A DNA stretch of 64,000 nucleotides from Macrostomum lignano (GCA_002269645.1 NIVC01001372.1:238742-302741), one strand, 5' to 3'. Shown: positions 52,901 to 64,000, counted from the stretch's first letter. The notes: generated from the sequence alone by a model not told the origin. Program-made: numbers and translations.

Positions 52901-53217
52901 TGGATTCTTAGAATGGGATTTTAAGATCTGGATTCTCAGAATGGTATTTCGGGATCTGGATTCTTAGAATGGGATTTTGGGATCTGGATTCTTAAAATAG
53001 GATTTCGGAATCTGGATTCTTAAAATGGGATTTCGGGATCTGGATTCTTAGAATAGGATTTTAAGATCTGGATTCTTAGAATGGGATTTTAAGATCTGGA
53101 TTCTTAGAATGGGATTTTGGGATCTGGATTCTTAGAATGGGATTTTAAGATCTGGATTCTTAGAATGGGATTTTAAGATCTGGATTCTTAGAATGGGATT
53201 TTGGGATCTGGATTCTT
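46910..53217. repeat. 6.3-kb 28-bp satellite (GGGATCTGGATTCTTAGAATGGGATTT[C/T]) with higher-order variant blocks
   Basis: Period 28 (47043 to 47071), about 225 copies; recurrent variants AAAATAGGATTTCGGAATC, TTTTAAGATC and CTCAGAATGGTA. Confidence 0.98.
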
Positions 53218-53649
53218 ACAACTAGTTTTAAAGATCCAGAGATCCTTACATTATTAATTCCTTAATGTAGTAATTAAAAAATATAAACAAACACAACGAT
53301 TAGAAGGCCTTTGCAAAAAACAGTGTAAGAGTGCAAGCAGTGTAATACGCAGATTTACAGGCAAAATATGAAAAAAGATAATTAAGAGCAAAAAATCAAT
53401 ATGCAAGCATATACACATACAGAAGTTATAAGTACACGTGCACTTGTCTTAAACTGGTGGAACACTTGAACAAAAAATTCAAATTCAATTAAAATCTTAA
53501 ATTAAATAATAATACGCTGCACTTTGAAAAAACAAACTTAAACAAATGACACGAAGAGTATGGAATCACAAAACATTTGTTTGCTTAAAAAAGCCAACCT
53601 AGCCTAAAACTAAGAATAAATATACGAAATTTAATGAAATATGCAAGGC

Positions 53650-53732
53650 AGCTGACACCTCCTCAGATCATCAGTGAGTCAGCTGACACCCTCTCCTCAG
53701 ATCATCAGTGAGTCAGCTGTCACCTCCTCAGA
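53650..53732. repeat. Short ~31-33 bp triplication (CAGCTGACACCTCCTCAGATCATCAGTGAGT)
   Basis: Two full copies and one partial copy. Confidence 0.8.
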
Positions 53733-53869
53733 TATTCAGGTGAGACACAGCGCCGCTACCGTCACTTCGAGAGCACAATTACCAATCACTACGCAACGCA
53801 AAGGTAAGCGAAATAAAAATGACGCAAATTATTATAAAAACAATATAAACAAGACATTGAGAACTCTGT

Positions 53870-54493
53870 TTACTGTTGCTGATAGGGATGCATCAGAGAA
53901 TAGTTGGCATAGCCAGGCGGCCCCCAGATGTACACAGTAGTGCCTGGCGCGCCAATGAATGCAGGCTGCTGACCAGCAGCTGGCGCAATGGGAGACAGGA
54001 TGGGTTGTTGATGAAGCAGTGGAAACTGCTGTTGGCTAGGCTGCATGAAAAACTGCTGCTGGTGATAAACAAACTGAGTAGCAGTGGTAGCCGGGTGCTT
54101 AGCCAACTGCTGATAAGGCTGCTGATACAACACCGAAGTCGGATGAAGCTGCTGCTGATGCTGATAGGGAAGCGACATAGGCGGCCGTGCCGGCAGCAAC
54201 TGATGATGAGCTGGCACTGCCTGACTGAAATCCTGCAGCTGCTGTTGCTGCGGCTTCAACCTCGGCACGAACTCTTCTGCTAGAGGATTCAAAGCTTTTT
54301 CCTCCTGCTGCTGCCTCTCCGGCGACTCCTCCGTCTCGGGCGGTACCGTTAGACGGAAATTCTCTTGAAATTTAATCAGACGCTTTTTGACACTTTCCCG
54401 ACTGCGCTGCTTCTCCGCTATTGGCTGACATTGCTGCATCTCTGCTGACCCACCGCTGCCACTAGTGCTCTCCTCTGAGTCAGGCGCTTTGAC
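53870..54493 (-). CDS. Ataxin-2-like PAM2-motif protein, large Gln/Pro-rich 3' exon
   Basis: Acceptor CATCTCCTAG|GTC in frame with the ORF; RLIKFQENFRLT (cf. ataxin-2 LKKF..DFRL) and KALNPLAEEFVPR (PAM2 consensus LNP.A.EF.P), followed by a Q/P/H-rich tail. The 3' end could be the TAA stop or a donor. Confidence 0.72.
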   Translation of the reverse strand, partial: VKAPDSEESTSGSGGSAEMQQCQPIAEKQRSRESVKKRLIKFQENFRLTVPPETEESPERQQQEEKALNPLAEEFVPRLKPQQQQLQDFSQAVPAHHQLLPARPPMSLPYQHQQQLHPTSVLYQQPYQQLAKHPATTATQFVYHQQQFFMQPSQQQFPLLHQQPILSPIAPAAGQQPAFIGAPGTTVYIWGPPGYANYSLMHPYQQQ

Positions 54494-54526
54494 CTAGGAG
54501 ATGCATTGTAGACATTTGAAACTTTG

Positions 54527-54915
54527 CCTCAGATACTTCAGGGATGACAGGACACTGACACCTACACCTCAGATACTTCAGGGATGGCAGGACACTGACA
54601 CCTACACCTCAGATACTTCAGGGATGGCAGGACACTGACACCTACACCTCAGATACTTCAGGGATGGCAGGACACTGACACCTACACCTCAGATACTTCA
54701 GGGATGGCAGGACACTGACACCTACACCTCAGATACTTCAGGGATGGCAGGACACTGACACCTACACCTCAGATACTTCAGGGATGGCAGGACACTGACA
54801 CCTACACCTCAGATACTTCAGGGATGGCAGGACACTGACACCTCAGATACTAAAGGACACAACTGATACCTCAGATACTAAAGGACAAATGATACATCAG
54901 ATACTAAAGGACAGG
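54527..54915. repeat. 40-bp minisatellite (CCTCAGATACTTCAGGGATGGCAGGACACTGACACCTACA), intronic
   Basis: Period 40 (54567 to 54607); about 8 near-identical copies plus a degenerate tail. Confidence 0.95.
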
Positions 54916-55007
54916 TAAACTTAAAAATTCCTTAATTTCGAGTTAGTAAGCTTAGTTTTTTTGTTTATCAAAGTAGCTAAACAGAATATATAATAAAAGG
55001 AACTCAC

Positions 55008-55068
55008 AGTTGCAATATCTGGAGAACTGCTTGACTCTGTTGCAACAGTCTTTTCCTGATTATTGTGA
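55008..55068 (-). CDS. Ataxin-2-like gene, internal exon
   Basis: Acceptor TTTTCCCCCTTTAG, donor GTGAGT; 61 nt (phase 2 to 0), HNNQEKTVATESSSSPDIAT, in frame with the next exon. Confidence 0.62.
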
Positions 55069-55159
55069 CTAAAGGGGGAAAATGATTGCTAAGTAAGATT
55101 TTAAGAATTCACAAACAAAAAAGATAAAAAAACAATATGAAAAATGACATTCTACTCAC

Positions 55160-55235
55160 TTGACATCATTTGAAATGCTGCAATTACTCTCTGAACCAGT
55201 AACAGACTGCATGACAATTGCTGCTGTATTATCTA
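55160..55235 (-). CDS. Ataxin-2-like gene, internal exon
   Basis: Acceptor TTTTGGCTTCTAG (tandem TAGTAG), donor AA|GTGAGT; 76 nt (phase 1 to 2), DNTAAIVMQSVTGSESNCSISNDV. Confidence 0.5.
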
Positions 55236-57084
55236 CTAGAAGCCAAAATGCAAGCTGACAGTCTCTTAAGAGTCAAAAATAGTTTAAGCTGCTGGTAGAT
55301 ACAATGCTTAAACCAGATGGTTTCAAGAGCAGCATGAGAAATTAAGCAAATAAATAGTACACAGATTTTTTAGCATATTATAAATAATTCATATCATATA
55401 GTTTTTATCATGAATGCTAAATTTTTATAGAATTTTGATTATGCTTTCATCTTTTTTAATGAATAGCTAAAATACTTTATATTCTGTAATAAGGTTTTGA
55501 AAAATCCAAAACTTAGCAAAGATCTTCTATTAAATTTATAATAGGAAAAACTACAAAATTTACAATTATACTTAAACAAGAAGTGGACTTGACTTCTATC
55601 CACCCACACATGGCAATTTGGGTAAGTCCTCTTTTAAAAGAGATCTTAGGTCTTGCAGTCCTCATTGTTTTGCAGGCCAGTTTATTATTTACTAATCTAA
55701 ATAGTGACAAGGTACAAGACAAGGTATTGTATACCTTAATTCTAGATTAAAAACTTGTTGCCTTTGTTGCAGCAGAAGCTTAGATACTGCAGATTGACAA
55801 ACAAATCACTGCCTTTGATGGCATACTTTCTATGAATCATAACATTATGGGCTTCTAATTAAGTATGAGTAAAATTAGCTCGTAAATACTTAAATGCATA
55901 TAGTAATGCAGACATGAAATACCTAGTAATCTACTAAAGCTCCTAATATCAAACTTTACCAATAAACACAATTGCCTGCAGAAAAAGCACTGCATGCCAT
56001 TTTGATACTTAGTTAGGACTTTCAAGCCAAGGTTAGTCAGTTAAAACATTTCCAATTAGTGACTCACTAATGAACTGTGGTTTTAAAGCATAATATAACA
56101 ATTATAAGATTCAAGAAGCTAGAGCAATAACAAAAAGAATAAGAAGCAAAAGAGAAAAAAGAAAGCTCTGCAAGTGGCAGAGTTAGTGAAGGCTACAAAG
56201 TATTCATATTTGTTGGCAAGTTCCTTTAAAAAAGTAGTCAGAGCAAGGAGGGCTAGTTGTGAGAACTGACATAAATTGCTACCAAGAAATGCAAAGAAAC
56301 TAGGCCTCTGTCTTCTAATAAGTGCAAATAAAGACAAGCAAACTATAGAAATAAAGCAAAAGATTTTGTAGAAAGAGTGCCTAACCTACTAAGTCCATAG
56401 TCAAACAAACCTATGCATCTGAATTCAAACAAATACAAAAGCACTAGCATAGTGTCAACTAATAGGCCTATTCAAGGAAATAAAAAATGATTTGATCTAA
56501 GGGGCCACCGTAGTGCATGCTAATTAAGATGACGAACTAACCCTAGTCAAGGTGAGCACTGCAGACATCCTAGATGATGAAATGGCAAATGACGAAATGA
56601 CTAAGAACCCTATAAATATACTTAAGTAAAAAATTTGCCTGTTTTACCCCACTTTTACTATATGGCAGATGTTTTTACACAATTACTAAACTTGTGTACA
56701 AACTAAAGGTTTACAATTGCAAATTTAATTATTATTATTATTATCAATCAATGAAATAACTAAGAGTAAGACTGTCTAAGTTTAAATTTATAATTGTTTT
56801 ATTCTGTTTAGCCTAGGCCTAATATTAATAATATACCTATATATTTATTAGGTCTAGGCTTAGGCCTAGCACCTAGGCCTATATTGTTTTTGATTCTATT
56901 GATATTCTTATTATTAGCCTAGGCCTAATTATCTTTCAAAGCCTAGGCTATATCTCTTTAGAGACAGCCTAGAGCCCACTTTGGTAATAGACACTTTGGT
57001 AACAAAGTATCTCCACTTTAGTAACAACACTAGCCTTTGCTTTTGCAGGAATAGAGATTGCAAAATCCTAGTTTAGTTTTTTGC

Positions 57085-58345
57085 CACACTCAGGATCATG
57101 TCATGTATGCCAGAAATTTCTGGCGCACATTTGGGACAGCTAACGTACACTTAGTGCACAAAATTTTTAAAAAGGTCCTCTGGCATACACCTTGGCATAT
57201 ATACAATTGGTGCACACTGCATGGCGCACATGCATGGCGCACACTGGCTGGAGGAAGCTGTGCCATGGCTATTGCGAAAGACAAAATCAAAGAACATAAA
57301 GTACATGAAGTGTGAAATTTTGCACAACAATGATATAACAATGATTTCGCAAATAAATTGTAATGACAATTGACAACCATTGCTTCATTTAAAATATTCT
57401 TTAAATTGTGTTTTATTTCTCCTTTTTATTCTTTATTTTTGAAATTAAAAACATTAATCTGCAAATCTTTAATTTATAATTTTTACTTATAATTACACAA
57501 ACATTACAACTTACAATATATTGCAATTAGGATTTAGGACTGGCGCACCTGGTGCACTTGTGCATTTTGCCTAGCATACCTGGCAGGCTGGCTGGCGCAC
57601 ACCAAAAAAATTTTTGGGATGGCTTCTGGCCATAGTCAGGAAGGTGGCAAGTGCATGCGGGAATCAATTTATGGAAAAATCCCTGGTGCACGCCGATGTA
57701 CGCCAATTTTTTAAAACCCTTAACATGACGTTTCTGTTGCATGCCAAAAATCTTGAATACCAAAAATCATGTATGCCGAAAATTGTGTATACCGTATTAG
57801 ATACTATTTTTAAATAAATTTTCTACTTACGTTAAACAAAGTTTATATAGAAAAAGGAAATTCGCTACAAAGAACATAGTGAGTATCAAAAACTTTTTCT
57901 TCACATTTCAAGAAACAAATAAACTAAAAGTCTACAAGAGTCACAAAATAAGAGTGTTTAAAAGTTATTGGATATTTTAATTTTAATGTAGGCTGTAGAG
58001 TGTAGGCCTGGCTATAGGCTAGGCTGTAGCCTCAACTAGTTGGTTTAATCAATATTCAAATTCAATTGTTCACGTTTAACTTTATATATTGTATATATAT
58101 AGTGTATACATCTATATCTGACTTGTTGATATACTTGTCAGTTTGTAATTGCATGCCAAGGTTACATGCCAAGTAAAAAACTTGTACGCTGAAAATTTAG
58201 ACGTGGCTTGAGACCCCTATTTGCACGCCAACTTTGCACGCCAAAATTTTAGCGTGGCTTGTGCACGCGGGAAAATTCCCGCGTGCAGGCCACCTTCCTG
58301 AGTATGGGCTTCTGGCGCACACTTAGCATGATCCTGACTATGGGG
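57085..58345. mobile_element. Cluster of related inverted-repeat (MITE/foldback-like) sequences with a strong hairpin
   Basis: CCATAGTCAGGA (57630-57641) / TCCTGACTATGG (58332-58343) perfect IR; CAGGATCATG (57091) / CATGATCCTG (58327); hairpin TGCACGCGGGAA-AA-TTCCCGCGTGCA at 58262-58287; no TSD found. Confidence 0.55.
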
Positions 58346-61300
58346 CCACATATTGTGATTGTCTATAAGAGCATGCTAGTTTTTCTGCCAATTAGGATCA
58401 CAAGACACAAACTTTTATTATAAGCTCTAAATTACACAACATGAAAAACAAAACTTGCATCAGAATGCATCCTAATTAAAACTGATGTGTTTTTTGTCTG
58501 TCTGTATGTATCTTGCAAGTGAACTCCTACAATAAACTATAAATTTGACAAGCCCTAAATTTCACAAGCCCTAAACTTCACAATGCCTAAAAACACTATG
58601 GAGATTGGAGATACAATTTTTCTTCTACAATCCTTTTACAATATTTCTGTATCTCCATCTGTATCTCTGTATCTCTAAATAAATTTGGTTAACAGTTGTT
58701 GTTGGGTATGTCGTAGTTCCAGGGGCATATTTATTTGGCCTGTATGCGAAATCCTACAGTTTCTAACGTTTCAACATCACGCTAGTCGCTATGCAATATT
58801 GGAGACCTCAGACGTGCACTGAAGCAACAGTAAGGTCTGTGAAGCTGATTTTTATATATATACAGACTTTAGAACGATTTCAAAAATCGTTCTACATTTA
58901 ATTGTTTTTGCTAAATCGATCTTTTTGGTATTTTTTTCTTATCGGGAACGGGAACTGGAACTAAAAAACCGGTCATTGTATATATAAAAATCTTTTAATT
59001 ATCTAACTAAGTTTTAAATTTGAAAAATTTATTAGAAAACAATTATTTAAATAAAATATTAAAACAATTTCTTCCAATACCTTTTTACACAATTTGTAGA
59101 TCCTAAATGCAAAAAAAATTTCTAGAAAAAAATTTTATAAATTATTTTAAACGTGTTAAAATTTTCGTTTTGAGTCTATGAGAAATTAAGTTTCTAGTTT
59201 AAATATGTCGCGTTCTGATACCAGTCGAGATGAGGAGGCTATGAAAAAAGGGGAAAGGTACAAGAGTAACAAAGAAGGTATCATAATAGCAAGGAAGGTA
59301 TGAGACTAGGAAGGAGGTAGTGACTGCATACCCCTCTTTGCGATAACCCCTCTAGGAAGGAGGAGAGTAACAATAATGTTACGATCGAGTAGCTTGAGTA
59401 GATTGAGCTGCAGCAGGCATACCTTGCAGGCAGAGGTGAATATAGGGGGGGGGGGGTTGGCGGGGGGCCGCCCCTTTTCTTGAGGCTGGCGATGATGGCG
59501 CCCTGTTTCCTTTTGCTTTAAAACGTCCTCACACACGTACCGCCCTCAATTCGCTCGATCAGTATGGCGCCCCCGGCCCCTTTAGTAGTGTGTACATGTA
59601 TTGCATGGCGCCGTGTTATATTATATGGACGTCGTCCACTGTATAGGTATTTAACATTGTCCGCTACATGCAATTAAAGGAATCAATCTGTTGGATTTAC
59701 ATGTACACATGTGTAAAGGTAATGGCGAAGCTATATTGAACCACCAACAACCGGAACCCTGCATCTTTAAACGTTTTGAGAATGCGTTAGAATGATATTG
59801 TCATTTGTGATTATAGTACCAGTACATGTAAGTCTGAAATTTGACCCGCTTGTGAGATACCCTGCTGCTTTTACGATCCCTCCAAATGTCATTTGGAGTA
59901 TCTGTGGTGGTCTGCAGTGCTTGACGCGCGCATGACGATCTATCTTCCGAAGCTTTTCGCCGCCTGTGTTAGGTAATCCCCCATCATCATTCATTTTCTC
60001 TGCTGCACCCGATCCAAATTTCTTGTCAAATCACAGCGCGCGCGGCTGGCGGGTTACGTCAGATCATCAGGGTTGCTTTGGTTAACGGATGTCAAGGACA
60101 TACAGGACGTCAATTATGGCATTCAATGTCATGCCAAGGCTATAAATAGGAGCCCGTTTTGAGCCCTGAGTGGCATCGTATGCTGCTTGGTGTCTTAATT
60201 ATAATTTACTGGTTTTCTTCCCCTTGCATCGTTTTGTTTTCTCACGGGATCGCCGCGCGATCTCCCCCTAGTAGGACCAAGTCAATCTCCCATAAATATA
60301 TACTCTAATTATAGCTATACAGTTGGGTCCGCGAAAGGGTCCAAATTCCCGCGAAACGGCCGCGGAATTCCGTGGAAAACTGCAGTGTGAAATGCGCTCC
60401 TATTGCATGGCTGGGCCGATGGGGATTGGATGGACCAAATTCCTCCTTGACATGCTACTTTTTCCTTAGTAGCACATTATGAACGAGATTTAAAGTGAAG
60501 TAGAATGCTCTATGCTTCCCGCTTTAACGCCCTTAAGTTTACCTTAAGTCTCGGGCCTCTTCTTCCGTGGGAAGTCTTCGTAGCTCTTCGTAGCGTACAT
60601 GTAGGTAGTGCTGCCACCAGTTCCTTCAGGTCTCGGCCTTCGATGAGGTGAGCTTCCTGTCGGAACGAAATAAACAAGTCAACGAACTCAGCACGACGTG
60701 CAGATTTGCAGCTCAGGCGTCTCGTCAGCAGTACCTGCCGGGCTTGGTTGGTACAGGGAGGGCTGTGTTAGTCTCTCTTAGGCTAGGGTTGGCTTTAGTA
60801 GGGTCGCAGTCAGACCAATAGGAGAGAGAGCTCAATATACGCAAACACTTAGAGAACGGTCGCTCAGCACAGACACTCAGAAACGCTGAAAACTAGGAAC
60901 TCCTTGACGGAACAAGGGGGAGAGGGGTCCTATTTATAGCGCGGGATTCACCTCTGGCCCAATATTGCACAAGATCTCGTGACTCGTTCTATTTTTAGAA
61001 CTGACGTCACTTGGGGTCTTCGGGCAGAGTACACGCGGCTGTGATTCAGTAGCTATTTTTAGCAACATGAATCACTCCTCTCCTTAGAGAAGGGAGGGGC
61101 CTTAAGCACGTGACTCTCCCAGTAAACAGGACCAGCGAGTGCAATAACTTGTTTACTGCACTTTAGGACTCCAAGAACGAGAGGCCTGTCATCATGTCAT
61201 GTGACTGGCTCACATGACAGGAGAAACAGAGACTGACGAAACAAAGACAGCCCACAGCAGAGAAGCTGAGCGGTGAGAAACGAAGGGCAAACGGGCAGAG

Positions 61301-63114
61301 GTAGGGAAGGGAGGAGCAACAGACAGCCAAAAGGAGGGAGGCGGGAAGCTGACCAGCGGCAGACAGCAACCCAGGGCGAGGGCGAGGGCAAGGGCAACTG
61401 CTGACAAAGTGCGACGCCTAACACTAAACTAGCGGATCACTACAAAAGCCATACTTGCTAGTTATCATATAGCCTTAAGTGCTTGAATAATCTTTGACTA
61501 AATTTTTTAAGTCAGGCCATTACGTCACCGAAAATCAAATGCTGAAATATTGAAGCGCTTTTTTATTAAAAACAAGGAGAGAAACATAGAGATGGAAGGA
61601 GAAGGGGCGGCATAGAAAAGGAGAGAGGAGACAGAGAGAAGAAGAGAGGCGGCAGGGAGAAGTGAGAATGAAAGAGGAGAGAGGCTGTTTGGGGTCCGTT
61701 GCCCTCCCGCAATTATAAAATGCATACAAAGTGAGTGATATTTTTGCAAAGGTTTCAAACTAAAAGTTTTGAGTATCTCTTTTTGAAGCCGCCGCTAAGC
61801 AATAATGAGAAGAAGGGAGAGAAAGAGAGAAAGAGTGAGAGAGAGGGAGAGGGGGTATTCTTGAAACTCTGGGAAGGGATTCACCCTATTGGGAGGTAGG
61901 GAGGCACGGAACACCAGTGAGAAATGGTTTCCTCCAAGGTTTTATCCGTGCACAATGTATAAAAATGATTCCACATGCACATAGCATATCCAGGGGACAA
62001 TTGAGTCCCGTAGTCTGTTTTGTTTAACTGAGCAAAGGTATGGATGCAAAGCATTAACAAGCATTAACACGAAAGGTTTCAATCCCAAATCCAAATACTC
62101 TTGGGGTCCCAAACCGACCGCCCACGGGATGACGCAATTATATAGGCCCGCAAACCTTTCTTTTCTTTTGGCTTCTCTCTGCCAGTCATTTACTGAGACA
62201 TTGTTGTCACCGATTGCGAATTCTTTTCTGGGAGTCTATGGAGAACTAAATGTGAGTCATGGAATATTTGATCAGCAAAATTTATCTTATAAATCTAGAG
62301 ATACGAGCAATTCGAGAAAAATCGAATATACAGTTGTGAGCGCGGTAAGATGACGGTAAATTACACTTAGATTTTCGTGTTTTTTACTCAGCTGTCTTTA
62401 GAACGAATCCGTCTGAGTTGGTCAAATCTGTCCCATTTTGGGAGTGTGAGACGTGTGATGTGAGACTTCTATATCGCCTGTGTGTTCTACGAGGTTTATG
62501 AAGCTCGAGTTCGCTGTCACGGGCAAAAGCAGGGAACCAAGGGAAAAGGAAATTCGCAGAGTAACTCCCCGTGCCCCTCACCCCATCTCGAATATCGATC
62601 GATCTGTGTGAGGTGGTCGGAGGGTGACTGAAAGACGGCCTCTTCTCCCAGCCTTTTTATCTCGCTGTTTAGTCATGTAGTGAGGCCCTGCCAACTATAC
62701 CCCCATTCGAGTTCTCCTCTCTGCTTTCTATTGTTCGCCATTATTTGGAAGGGATTTTTAGTTCTTCTTGCCCTGTTCCATGCACATAAAATAGTTTTCA
62801 TTCCTGATGTACATGCAAAGAGGGTCGCCTCACCAACTATAGAAATTCCGTGAGCGCGAAGGAGGCCAGCAAATAATTCGATGATGCCCTAATAATTTTT
62901 ATAAGCGATACAACCCCCTGTCAGGATACGTTGATAAATGACTTGAATTTTTATCGCACCGAACTTGCGTGATCATAGTATGATCTCATTCCTGCTGATG
63001 GCAGCTTCAGAAGGCGGGAAGAGATACTCAACACTTGTAGTTCGAAACCTTTGAAAAAAGATCACTTTGTATGCGTTTTATAATTGCAAAAGGGCAACGG
63101 ACTCACCAAACAGC

Positions 63115-64000
63115 CTCTCTCCTCTCTCTGCCACATCTCTCTCTCCCTCTCTCCTTCTCTCTCCTCTCTCCTTCTCTCTCCTCTTTTCTCTCTTCTCTCC
63201 TTCTCTCTCTCCTCTCTCCTCTCTCCTTCTCTCCTTCTCTCTCTCCTTCTCTCTCCTCTCTCCTTCTCTCTCCTCTCTCCTTCTCTCTCCTCTCTCCTTC
63301 TCTCTCCTCTCTCCTTCTCTCTCCTCTCTCCTTCTCTCTCCTCTCTCCTTCTCTCTCCTCTCTCCTTCTCTCTCCTCTCTCCTTCTCTCTCCTCTCTCCT
63401 TCTCTCTCCTCTCTCCTTCTCTCTCCTCTCTCCTTCTCTCTCCTCTCTCTCTCTCTCCTCTCTCCTTCTCTCTCCTCTCTCCTTCTCTCTCCTCTCTCCT
63501 TCTCTCTCCTCTCTCCTTCTCTCCTTCTCTCTCTCCTTCTCTCTCCTCTCTCCTTCTCTCTCCTCTCTCCTTCTCTCTCCTCTCTCCTTCTCTCCTTCTC
63601 TCTCTCCTTCTCTCTCCTCTCTCCTCTCTCCTCTCTCCTTCTCTCTCCTCTCTCCTTCTCTCTCTTCTCCTTCTCTCTCCTCTCTCCTTCTCTCTCCTCT
63701 CTCCTTCTCTCTCCTCTCTCCTTCTCTCTCCTCTCTCCTTCTCTCTCTCTCTCCTTCTCTCTCCTCTCTCCTTCTCTCTCCTCTCTCCTTCTCTCTCCTC
63801 TCTCCTTCTCTCTCCTCTCTCCTTCTCTCTCCTCTCTCCTTCTCTCTCCTCTCTCCTTCTCTCTCCTCTCTCCTTCTCTCTCCTCTCTCCTTCTCTCTCC
63901 TCTCTCCTTCTCTCTCCTCTCTCCTTCTCTCTCCTCTCTCCTTCTCTCTCTCTCCTTCTCTCTCCTCTCTCCTTCTCTCTCCTCTCTCCTTCTCTCTCCT
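63115..64000. repeat. Polypyrimidine (CTCTCTCCT/CTCCTT)n microsatellite running off the window end
   Basis: Pure C/T on the plus strand. Confidence 0.97.

Noticed and set aside
53674-54283. Plus-strand ORFs (88 and 135 aa) opposite the ataxin-2-like exon
   Set aside because: Antisense shadows of CAG-rich coding DNA; no motifs.
55560-55790. Additional upstream exons of the ataxin-2-like gene
   Set aside because: Phase-compatible AG/GT pairs can be drawn, but they need a ~38-nt intron and weak donors, and show no homology.
61163-61758. Short Leu/Ser/Pro-rich minus-strand ORFs
   Set aside because: Products of purine-rich low-complexity sequence; no splice or domain support.

Overview
Eukaryotic (invertebrate-animal-like) genomic DNA with GT-AG introns and no prokaryotic features. 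Four protein-coding genes can be reconstructed by hand from splice sites and reading phase. (1) On the minus strand, a small signal peptide + single Ig V-type domain + hydrophobic GPI-like tail gene (exons 24861-24813, 21702-21353, 20038-19931) carrying two apparent 1-nt indels. (2) On the plus strand, a 3-exon tubulin-tyrosine-ligase-family gene most like TTLL10 (26643-29622, about 932 aa, long Ser/Thr/Lys-rich N-terminus). (3) On the plus strand, a 6-exon TADA1/Ada1 SAGA subunit gene (32390-43572, about 503 aa); its 7.6 kb first intron is strongly CpG-depleted and holds a TIR+8-bp-TSD MITE, a fossil palindrome, and decayed mariner, MULE/FLYWCH and hAT transposase remnants. (4) On the minus strand, the 3' part of an ataxin-2-like PAM2 protein gene (55235-53870). 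Roughly 40 percent of the window is tandem repeat: more than 20 different micro- and minisatellite arrays, including a 6.3 kb 28-bp satellite with higher-order structure. Nearly all long ORFs in the supplied track outside these genes are repeat artefacts. Family assignments rest on motifs recalled from memory, not on database searches, and repeat boundaries are approximate.
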